Below are positions 1 through 10,215 of a stretch of DNA of 64,000 bases, piece after piece; the stretch's first letter is position 1; each line of letters opens with the position of its first letter. This stretch comes from Rhodosorus marinus CCMP1338. Lineage: Eukaryota > Plantae > Rhodophyta. Under the pieces are notes generated by a model. It was not told the origin of the DNA, searched no databases, and was given only the letters and a program-made list of their open reading frames with translations. The DNA lies in NCBI GenBank assembly GCA_029953675.1, contig JAMWBK010000006.1:682001-746000 (forward strand). Reading direction: 5' to 3'. A program made the position numbers and the translations under genes.

Positions 1-1560
1 TAGCTAGCGAAGCTGGCGTTATTCCGTCAACTTCTGCTGTGTACGATGTCACGAACAGATACATTGTTCCGCTCGCGATACCAATGCTCCTTTATGAAGC
101 GGATATTCGAAAAATTCTGAAAACAACAAAGTCGATGCTGATCGCCTTTGCTTGTGGGTTCATCGCAACCGTAATGGGCACGTTGGCAGCGTGGGCAGTG
201 AGTCAAGATCCAAAGCGAAGCTTTATATGTTTAGAAGACTAAACACAAGTGCAGCTGAACGTAACAAGCCTACGGAAATCCCTCATAGATCGTTCCGCTG
301 AATTTTGGAGCTGAAGACTGGAAGATTGCCGCCGGTTTGTGCGCGAGACATATTGGAGGTGCTCTCAACCTCGTTGCGGTCTCAGAGGTCACAAGGGTCG
401 ATCCATCGATACTTACTGCAGGTATGGCGAAAGCCTGAACCCGTGAGCGAAACCAAGACTAAAGGATCTTTCACTTGTCTTGGTTCACGGACAGTTATTG
501 CAGCGGACAATATAATCGTGTTCTTCTATTTTTTGTGGCTATTCGTTGCCAGTCGAGCTCTCAACAGAGTAGTTCCAGCCGGGAATACTGCGAATGTTTC
601 TGGTACGCTATTCTGTAATTGCCCTTCCGGCCTCTGCTACGGTACTCCTCTAACTTGTTCCGGTTTCTTCCTGGCTCCCGTTCCGTGCAATCTGAACAAG
701 GCGATGAAAAGGAAAGCAATACTGAAGACTTTGCAAAGGCTGTAACGATGAGCGCTGTGATTTGTATACTCGCGAAAGTGATCGCAGCGAATATACCGTT
801 TCCTGCCGGAATCATTTCCACCAGTTCCTTCCTGATAGTGTGTCTCGTGACGGCAGCTCCGCAAGTGTTCCGTCCACTTGTAAAGCCAGGCTCAATCGTC
901 GGGGTTTTTCTGCTACAGGTACATGCTTCCCGGATGCTCAATCAGCAAAATAACCATGTTGTGGTCGACTCTGATCCATGCGAGCTGTTGGCATTGTGAA
1001 TTGTTGCCTGACCTCCCAAGGCCTCGCCTAGGGACGCCGACAAGGTTGTTTGAACTGACCTTCCCGGACCCTGTCTGATAGAATCAGCTTGCTCCTTTCT
1101 ACTGCTTTATGTTTCCGGTTTGTCCAGGTGTTCTTTGCTGCGAATGGAGCAACAGGGTCGATAGGCATGGTATTTCGGTCTGCACCGCAGTTGATGGTGT
1201 GGAGCGCAGTCCAGTTATTTTTCCACTTTCTCGTCCTTGTTGGACTCGGACGTTTGGGAAAGGTAGATCGGGCCATGCTCTATTTAGCATCAAACGCGAA
1301 CGTTGGAGGTCCCACGACTGCAGCTGCCATGGCATCCGCGATGTCATGGAGAGATCTTGTTGTACCCGCCATTCTCGTGGTAAGATCGGTATTTTGAGTC
1401 TCAGTGTTGGGTGCGAGGCGAGCACTAATCTGAGTGCTCCGGCCGCGATGTCCAATTGCAGGGTATTCTTGGGTATGCAACTGCGACTATTTTCTCACTA
1501 GGGCTGGGAGCTGTACTCCTTCGAATAAGCGCGACTTCAGGATTCCTAGTCCCAAGGTGA
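1..1560 (+). CDS. DUF819 family multi-pass membrane protein (5' end outside window, spliced)
   Basis: Spliced exons read VYDVTNRYIVPLAIPMLLYEADIRKI..., GLCARHIGGALNLVAV, AADN, LASNANVGGPTTAAAMA and GILGYATAT, motifs typical of DUF819. Canonical GT-AG introns (e.g. 603-700, 919-1127, ~1380-1460). Stop TGA at 1558-1560. Confidence 0.8.
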
Positions 1561-1921
1561 GCAGCTTGCGGAGAGAAATATAGAACACATTGTGAAAGGC
1601 CCAAACCATCAGCGGAGTCTGCATAGATCCGTGTTTCCGAAGCCGACTACGTTACGGTGTCAAAGCGAGGTCGCGGCACAACACCGTTGCCCAAACCCCG
1701 GGTCTTCTTGTACAAGTGGTTTTAGTTCTTGACTATGTGCACGTTTCTCTGTTCTCCCTTGATCAACAATGGACGAAAGATCTCTTTGCACCAAGCGCTT
1801 TCCAAAGTTCAATCCGCAGCCAGAATATTTCACCCCCGAACACCAAGGGGCTATATTACAACGACTGGTTTGCGTTTCCTTTGCAAACAGTCTTGGGCAA
1901 CACAAACGAACAGCTGGGTAT

Positions 1922-2684
1922 CTAGAATTGGTACCATTTCTTCTTTTGCATTTTCTCTTTCAACTTGGTTGCACTATTGCTGAACTGTGCAGAACTCTCC
2001 GCCATCGCCTCCGTCGAATTCAGAGTGGAGTTCAACTTCTCACCCCGCTGGACTAGTCTGAAGAAAGAAAACAATCGCATTCGACATTGCGTCAACGGAC
2101 TTGGTTTACAAGCTCTTCAACATGAACAGCCAACCATACCGTTCCTGCGCCATGCTCACGTCTTTGTGTAGTTGGCTGTTCTCATACCGGTTTTCGGCAG
2201 GCCTTGGAGTAGATTTTTCTGAGGAAAGCAAGAAGAGGTCGTTCAGACATGATGTACAACGGGAAGGTTTCGGACTGGTTAACTCACCTAGGAGATTCTT
2301 CCTGATTTCCTCATTCAAGTCAGTATTATCGTCTTCGAAGGCATCCATATTCACAGTTCCCACTTTCAAGTGGTCCAAGTTCGCCCTTCCTTCTGAATCA
2401 ACTATTTTCTTGTGAGTAGGGGTCTCCGCCGTAGACGGATTCGGTGTGTACGCTTTCACCGCATCAACGTCGAAATCCAAATCGGCCAAGTCATCGCTCT
2501 CAGCAACAACAGGCGAATCCTTCCTACCAGCATCCAGCAACTCGTCGATTGAGTCTCTCTTAGGTTCGGGACCCAGGTCTAAACCCTCAATATCAGTCTC
2601 CAAATCACGCAGAGAGCTTTCTTTCTCGTTCTTCTTCCTCAAACGCGCAGGGCTCTTCCCACCACCAAAACCAGCTTCCGCCAT
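1922..2684 (-). CDS. Soluble protein with C-terminal tomosyn/amisyn-like R-SNARE coiled coil (226 aa, 2 exons)
   Basis: Exon 2684-2140, intron 2139-2058 (GTATGG...CTTCAG), exon 2057-1922. C-terminus HKDVSMAQERLVQRGEKLNSTLNSTEAMAESSAQFSNSATKLKEKMQKKKWYQF* matches the tomosyn-type R-SNARE pattern (RGEKL...KKWYQ) and has no transmembrane anchor. Confidence 0.72.
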
Positions 2685-3149
2685 AACTTAAGAGACAAGG
2701 AAAGCCCGAGAACCTCAGCCAAAAACAGACGAACAATTGAAACAGCTACCTATAAAACCAAAATACAGGTTCTTCTGTACAAGAAACCTCTCCTTGTCTT
2801 TTACTATCCTTCTTCAAATGTCTCCAACACCTCTCCACACACAGAAACCCCTTCCAACCAACCCAAGCCTTCCCTTGTCCAAGTTTGAGGTTGTTGGTAC
2901 TTTCTGCTTAGCCAGCAACATCAAAAGGGGCTAAAATATCCTACAATTAGAAAAATAATTCCAAATTTAAGAAATATACAACACAGACTACTAAATATAG
3001 AAAGCCCCCTTGATTGTTAAAAATTGCTTACTTTAGTAAATCAAAGTACGGCAAAAGCACAACAGTCGTTTTCGGAGTAGGTGTGGCGGAGTTCGATGGA
3101 ATCACCCTTTTTTTATTGAACAATTGGGAAGACGGATTGGAATGACAAT

Positions 3150-3966
3150 GGAAATGGCTTGAGCATGTGCGGGAAGTCTTTCCCTAGCGGATGGGTTCGG
3201 AGTGGTTAGGAGGTGATCTTAAAGAGGATGATAGGGAAGGATCAAGTACTTTGAATTCAAGGCGCCCGCTGCTCCAGGACAATTTCGAGTGGATCACCTG
3301 GATGACCGCAGCCGAGGATGGGGGTTTTGAGATAGAACAATAATGAAGTGCCCTGGTGAGCTTATCTGCTAGACTCCCGCCACTTTACTTTCCTTGTACT
3401 AGAAACTGACGAACTCCTGAGCCGGTTGACGTGGCCCTTTTGGATTTCCCTCCCAAACCCCCGCTTATGTGAAAGACAGATTCATATCAAGCTCGGGTGT
3501 TGCTGTGGAGGTCTTAAGCTTGTAGACGTACTCGGACTGAACTCCCGAGTGCTTTGTCCTGCACCAGGCAACTCATCAAAAGAATGCTTTGAGTAATTCC
3601 AAGCGAATCAACCTGTTCACCTCATCGCCAAACTGCCAGGTGTTTTTCTTCTTTTTTTTTCTGATTCTAGCCTGCATCAATATATTCGGGCGTGGTCGGG
3701 GCTTGGATTCCTTTTTTTTTATGGAGCTCCCTCGGTCTTGTGAACCGTTGAATGGTGGTCAGTCCGCTGACCTCACCACAGGGGTAGTATGAGGTCCCTC
3801 TACCGGTGGCAACGGCAATAGCCGATGAGGCTGACGCCCCAGTGGTGCAGCGGGTGGGACCTGTTTTACTACTGTTCGTGGGATGCGCGCATACATACCT
3901 CCTTTCAGTTTCGAATTGAGCTCCGAGACTTTTCATTGTGATCCGCAATGATCTGATTCTTACCAA
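3150..3966 (-). pseudogene. Decayed coding-like region of unknown family
   Basis: ORF 3667-3966 is followed, across a poly-A slip, by protein-like stretches (WQFGDEVNRLIRLELLKAFF**VAWCRTKHSG..., AAVIQVIHSKLSWSSGRLEFKVLDP) broken by stops and frameshifts. No family recognised. Confidence 0.25.
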
Positions 3967-4556
3967 GTTCTGATATCTTTTGTGAGTTAGACATCATAGC
4001 TACAGTCTCCAATTATGAAAATGCGCGATAAACAGTATCTTTGATCAGAACAAGCCCGAACCAGAGCCCACGAGGCTGAACAGACGAGCAAGCGCACGCG
4101 TTCCTAGAACAGCGAAAACAAACTGTGTGAATGATGCGTGAGACTGACATTTAATTCGGGGACCATCATCGTCGGTGGGTCTACACGCAGGTAAAGCTTC
4201 GCTTATGCGTGCGCTTGCCGTTTAGTAGCCAAGTACAGTGCAACAACAAGTTTAAAGGCATAAATTAGATTGGCTACGCATTTGTTTATGCTTTCCGAGT
4301 TCAAGAATCATTATTTTAGAGAACGAAAAGGATATTGAGCATAATCAAGAAGTACAGTTTGATAATTATGAACTCGGACTTTCCAGACCACTGTTATGTT
4401 GTCAATGTTTCCTTTGCTTAGAGAGTTGAAAGAGATGCCGAGCGGGGGTTAGTGTAGGACGGATGGAGCTGCGCGCAGATTCTTGATAAGGTTGGCTAGT
4501 GTTTGTTCACCGGAAGTGAGATTGATTTGAGGAAGAGAACAAGTATTGTGGGAAGA

Positions 4557-6084
4557 ATGTCTCTGGGACTGTTGAAGGCGGAGATTGAGCTGAAGAAAAA
4601 GGCTCGGATGCGGGAGGATGGTGAAGAAGGCGAAGGCAGGAAGAAGAAGAAGTGGTTTAGGAGAGGTGATTTGGAGGGGACGAGAAGGGGTGACGCGGAG
4701 GAAAAAGGCGGAGAAGTGAAGAAGAATTTGGCGGATGATGTAGTTGACGTGGAAGAGAAGGGCAGTGGTCCGGAGATTGTTGGTGAGCGCGCGGGTCCTG
4801 AGAAGACCTCAGGGAATGTTGCCGATGCACAGGGAGAGGGAAACGCAGAAGAGAACATTGTTTTGTCTAGAGATGAAGTGATTAGGAGGTTGAGATCGCA
4901 AGGTGAACCGGCGACTCTGTTTGGTGAGTCCAACCTCGACCGTTATCGGCGTCTGAAGGAGGTAGAGTTGAAAGGCGCAGACGTCACCAAGGGGCAGAGG
5001 AACGTGTATCAGATGAAGATGAGAGAGATGAAGGGTATGGACGAAGGAATGTATCTCAAGGAGGACGACGTGCCGGCTAGAATTCCTCCAACGCATGAGC
5101 TTGAGTCGAGGTATTGACAACCACTAGCGATCAAAGCATTGAATGTTTCGTGCTGATAAAAAAATTGCTGCACGTGCTGTTATTGAGCAGGGATGAACCA
5201 GGAGAGAACCCAAAAACGGACGAAGACTACGTCCGAGGGCAGATAAATAAGCTCATGGCGAAGTGGAAGGAAGTATTGGATAACAAACCTGCAGATGAGA
5301 AAAGGACGCAGAAGGGGAGGAAGGCGCTCGCAACTTACGAACAGTCAAAGGTGAGAAGCTGTCACGCAGTCTTCGCAGTCAATTTAGTGATCTTCAGAAA
5401 TGCAAGTGTAGTCCGCCCGAGTCCATACGACTGCCCCTATGGGCTTCCGGAGGACAATGGACACCTAAACCACTGCATCCGCTCTCTTAAACAAACTGCT
5501 AGGAATACCTTGAACCTCTAGAGAAGAAACTGAAGAAGCGAGAGCTGGGTCTAAACGTTTTGCATGCTTTAAAGCAAATCTTTCAGTTTGTAGAAGAGAG
5601 GTACAGTACCATCGTCACACCGTTCGAATCCCGATAGGCAGCTTCCCGCCTGATTCCGAAATGGATTTCTTTTCCACGTTGATTAGAGAGTACGTTCAGG
5701 CGAACGATGTATATCTGAAGTTAGCCATTGGAAATGCTCCGTGGCCCATGGGGTAAGGACTCTCTGTGTTAGGCAGCGCATCTGCCTTCACTCCGTACTG
5801 ACCATGCCACGTTGCATCTGTTCAGCGCGACCATGGTGGGAATTCACGCGCGCACAGCCCGTGAGAAGATCGGGGAAGGAAAAATTGCGCACGTCATGAA
5901 CGATGAGCAGACGAGAAAGTATATACAAGCTGTAAAGGTAGGATTGGAATCTGTCGAGTAGATTTTGCGTACTCCGATTCTGATTAATAGGTTCTCGCGC
6001 GAACCTTGTTTTACCTCGCAGAGACTTATCACGATGACTCAAAGCTGGAGTCCCACGGTCCCTTCAAAGATGATATCGAGCTAG
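4557..6084 (+). CDS. PRP18: Pre-mRNA splicing factor Prp18
   Basis: Starts [16 protein letters not shown]; PRP4-like segment [18 protein letters not shown]; signature [36 protein letters not shown]...[21 protein letters not shown]. Five GT-AG introns (5111-5190, 5351-5502, 5601-5686, 5753-5825, 5938-6021). Stop TAG at 6082-6084. Confidence 0.95.
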
Positions 6085-6566
6085 AAGCATTGGCCACGGC
6101 CAAGAACTTGAACGAGGCATTTATATATCTAACTTAACGAAATTGGACAGGCTTGACAATTAGAGCTGCGAATGGGACGATGAAGAACTGGCACAGTTCC
6201 GCCCGGAGCTTGCATCACCGATAGAAAACGAGTGGAAACATCCAAGCGACGTTGAGCTTCAGAAAAACTGTGGCGGGCCTTGAAGGAGTGACCCCATCCA
6301 TTGCTTCTGCCTTGGGCCTTCTTAGCAGTTAGCACTATGCAGAGCAATGGATCTGAAGTCCTATTCGAGTCAGTCACAAGATACGAGCTGTGCCAATCAA
6401 CAAACTTTCAATTACACAACGAGGGCGTAATTTGCATCGCATGCTCCAACAGGTTTTCGTGTATTTGGACGTCCTTCTGGTGGTTCCGATGCTAGATCTA
6501 ATGCGGTTGTGGACATAGGACAACTGCTCTTACCATGCCAAAGCACATGGTCATCTACCAAGTCAA

Positions 6567-7018
6567 TTCCTCAGGCCAAACCAAATGCCAATGTTAGAGC
6601 CCAAGCCTGGTGGCCAAACTAATTGCCAATGTTACAGCAGATTCATGAGGCCGATTGCCACTTGTACAGCAGATTCCAAAGGCCAAGCCAAATGCCAATA
6701 TTACAGCCGAAGCCCGGTGGCCAAATTAAATTGCCAAATGTTACAGCGGATACCTCAGGCCAAACCAAATACCGATGCTACACCCGAAGCCTGGCGGCCA
6801 AATTAAATTTGCCGAATGTTACTGGCCAGATTCCTCGGGCAAACCAAATATGCAGATACTACACTCGAAGCCTGGTGGCCAAATTAAATTGCCAAATGTT
6901 ACTGGCCAGATTCGTCAGGCCAAACCAAATACCGATGCTACCCCCGAAGCCTGGTGGCAAAATTAAATTTGCCAAATGTTACTGGCCAGATTCCTCAGCC
7001 CAAACCAAAAGCCGATGC
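6567..7018. repeat. Tandem array of ~80-bp units (about 5.5 copies) with internal sub-repeats
   Basis: Units begin TTCCTCAGGCCAAACCAAAT at about 6567, 6674, 6751, 6831, 6911 and 6991. The period is exactly 80 bp for the last four, which is not a multiple of 3. Each unit contains GCCAAATT and GCCAA(A)TGTTAC sub-motifs. Confidence 0.95.
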
Positions 7019-7585
7019 TTTTTTTTTCGCAAAGGTGACCGCCAATGCATCTGGTCAAAACAAAAGTTCCAAGGCCCACTATTACCGCCAACACGCGATC
7101 CACAACGTAAAATGTATTTATAGCCCAAGATTTACCCCCAACATTTTTAAACTCAGCGAGGGTAAATTCTTCCCGCCACTGTTTTGGCCACAGGCACACG
7201 CCCCGCCTTGGCCAATGATAGGACTAATGTTCCGGTTTTCCTGCATTCAAGCACTCCCCAATTGGCCAAAATGAATTTTATCCTATGTCAAACCCTGCTG
7301 ATAATATGACGTAAAAATCCCACGAGGATATTTCTATAGGAGAATGCATGACATTGAGGGGGGGGGGTGGGGTTTTGGGGAGGGGGAAAGGATAGGGTTT
7401 GAGGAGGAAGACCATCCTTCATGTAATGATATCGGAGAGCTTTTAAGTATTAAGGAATTTTGGATTTCTGCTGTGGCTGGTTGTGGTCTCGCATTCCCCA
7501 CTGAGGTTGAAGGCCTACTTTGTGCAGAGATCGTTACGCCTTAGAGGTTTTAAGGAAGAGCATTCTCAGGTATATTACTATACAG

Positions 7586-9718
7586 ATGGATGCGCCAAAG
7601 ATGGATGTCGAGGAAATTGTTTCTGATGGCGTTCGTGGTGATGATACTCGGCATGAGAGGCGAACAAGCTCCTTGCTTTCGATCAGCGTCGATGAACTGG
7701 GTGTCACTGGAAAGGAGTTCACCTCGCTGAGCAAAGGTGCAGGCCCTGAGGAGAACAGGGACATCTGCCAAATCCTGTTCCTAGTCTCTACAAACTTGGA
7801 ACCAGACGACGGGGAACTTTTTCTCACCGGAGGATGTGAAGAGTTGAGCAGCTGGAGTGTTGACCGGGCTATTCCAATGCAAGCGCTTGGCAAACCAGGC
7901 CGCTATTATACGTTAGTGAACTTCAATCGAAAAACATTGAGCGCTTCTGTGCATTACAAGTTCCTGGTCAAAAGGATGGTCACCCTGAAGTACATACGTG
8001 ATGAACCGTACCGAGCCGTCGTCTGGGAGAGCCTGAAAGGCAATGGCAATAGGTAAGTACTGCTTTGAAGAATAGCCACTTAGAGCGAGTGGATCAAAAC
8101 CCCGTACCATGAAGATCTCAGTCTTTCGTTCTCGTTTACATTTTCTCCTCTTCGCCGCGAATTGGCTATGCTTTTTAGGACAATGAAAATTGTTTCGACG
8201 AGCACAGCTCGTGACGTGGTATGCGATGTCGACGTAGTTCTGGAGGTAAAAACCAAAGGAACATTGACTTTTCGCATTCACTACAACCTGCCGCCCGCGG
8301 AAGCTATGTACGTCACTGGAGATCCAATCGAGATTGGATCTTGGATCCATCCAGGGCCGATACGGATGTCTCTATCGGAACCGGAGCCACTTCCAACAGG
8401 TGGATTGGGACGTTTCTGGACGTTGAAGGTTCCTCGACCCGCTGCTCTGGAATTTGATTACAGGTGGGAGCGAATCCACTCGTGCTTGGCCTCTTTGCGA
8501 CCAAATCAAGTTGCCCCGGCACCCGTTAAAACGCCCTCTAAGCCGTCGCTGATAAACGTTTTCTCTCTCTCCTTCCAGATATGTCATAAAGAACGTTGAG
8601 ACTAAATCTGATCGATGGGAAAGAGAGCCGAACCGAAAGTCCAAACTGGACAAGGATGTAGAAGACGCAGTGCTGAACGACGTTAACTTTATATCGAACA
8701 TGGAGTTCAATGAGATTCCTCCAAGGATCTTCATAGGACCGTACCCTCAATCGGAGGAGGACCTGAAGACCATCAAAGCGGCAGGAGCCACAGATGTTCT
8801 TTGCGTTCAAACTGATGAAGATATTGCTCACCGAGGTCTAAATTGGTCTAAGATGTTGGACTCATACAAGTAAGGAACTACGTCGAGTGCGTTCGGCAGC
8901 ATTTGAATTGAATACTGATAGTTTCCCGTGATCTTTCTCCTCGCAGGAAGCTCGAACTAGGCATTCATCGATGGGCGATTGCGGATTTCAACCCTACCAG
9001 CTTGGAGGAAAACATTCATCATGCATCGGAGCTGCTAGGCACTATTCTAGGGCAGAGTAATGAATCTATGGTGTATGTACACTGCACAGCGGGTATGTCA
9101 AGAGCAGCAGCGACGGTTATCCTCTACCTTGCGTCTACGCAAGGTTACGGTGTAGATGAGGCGTTTCAGTACGTGAAGAAGCACCGAAAGGTAATCGCTC
9201 CGAACATGGGCGTTTTGCGGAAGGTCGCCGTGAAGCATGCCCCGAAGGCCCTCGAGCGCGATCGAACTCTGGAGCAGGAAGCTGAGAAGGCGCGAGCGGC
9301 TGCGTTTGCTGAAAAGGAGTTGGCGGAAAAGGCGCGACAGGCTGCTGAAGCGGAAAAGGTGCGACAGGCTGCTGAAGCGGAAAAGGTGGCCGAAAAGGCC
9401 GCTGCAGCAGAAAAGGCGCAGGCGGCTGCTGCCGCGGAAAAGGTGGCCGAAAAGGCTGCTGTAGCAGAAAAGGAGTTGGCGGAAAAGGCGCGAGCGGCTG
9501 CTGCAGCGGTAATGGTGTCGGAAATGGCTGCTGCAGCACAAAAAGAGTTGGCGGAAAAGGCGCTAGGGGCTGGTTACGCAGAAAAGGACTCGGCATCAGT
9601 GGCCGTCCCCCCCCGCTCGCCCGCCGATGAGCACGGAACGGACCCGAAGAAGATGAAACTGCTCCCCAGCCCGACATCTCAGCCCGACGAAAACGAAGCC
9701 CTGAACAGTACCAGTTAA
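7586..9718 (+). CDS. EPM2A: Laforin-like glucan phosphatase (CBM20-CBM20-dual-specificity phosphatase) with Ala/Glu/Lys-rich tail
   Basis: Two CBM20-like blocks (LFLTGGCEELSSW...YKFLV...WES; MYVTGDPIEIGSW...FW...DRWEREPNR), then EFNEIPPRIFIGPYPQ and the active site VYVHCTAGMSRA. Introns 8053-8178, 8464-8578 and ~8871-8946. No transit peptide, consistent with cytosolic floridean starch. Confidence 0.85.
9277..9570 (+). repeat. Coding low-complexity repeat (AEK/AAAAEK) in the laforin C-terminal tail
   Basis: GAAAAGGAGTTGGCGGAAAAGGCG recurs at about 9310, 9470 and 9540; CGACAGGCTGCTGAAGCGGAAAAGGT occurs twice in tandem. All copies are in frame. Confidence 0.9.
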
Positions 9719-10215
9719 TAGTTTGTCAAAAGACTCGCGATATAGCTAAACAAGCACTGCTGCAAGCAGATTTGTGCAAACTCGCACCAAGCCGGAAAAC
9801 AAGCAACACCGTTCCTAACACGTCTGTCGTCTTAGAACATTGCGTCCCACTATACGACTACATTTACGCAGTTATTTTCTGCTTCGCGGAATCGAAAACA
9901 CCAAACACTCACGACCGGCCAGGGTCGGAGTTCCTGGTTTTACCAGCACCCAACTTATTTCACCGTTGTAAGGGGGAATCCGCCGTTCCGCGAAGAGGAT
10001 GACTTGCTTGAGTCATCTCCGCTTCTACAGTACGCTATATCGACTGTGAGAAAGTCACCAAGCGCCTTGCAGTCTTGAGGTCTAGTACTGAATGGTTGGT
10101 CATCGTTGAACGATGAAGCTTTGTGGCACTGCGAACACTGGACCAGTCTAATCCCACACCATTTGTCAACAGGCCATTGCTTTAAATTTCTCACTTCGCA
10201 CATACTCGCTCGATC

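Noticed and set aside
603-700. Possible non-canonical GT-TG intron in the DUF819 gene (CCTG 17 nt after a CTAAC branch)
   Set aside because: A canonical AG at 699-700 gives the same phase, so nothing unusual is required.
5615-5640. tRNA/SINE B-box GTTCGAATCCC
   Set aside because: Lies inside an 86-nt PRP18 intron with no A-box, cloverleaf or acceptor stem.
6567-7018. CRISPR-like reading of this and the 39.1 kb and 63.6 kb arrays
   Set aside because: No unique spacers, units are degenerate tandem copies, there are no cas genes, and the context is eukaryotic.
9098-9677. Gliadin-like QQPF ORF and other minus-strand ORFs
   Set aside because: Antisense shadows of the laforin AEK repeat.
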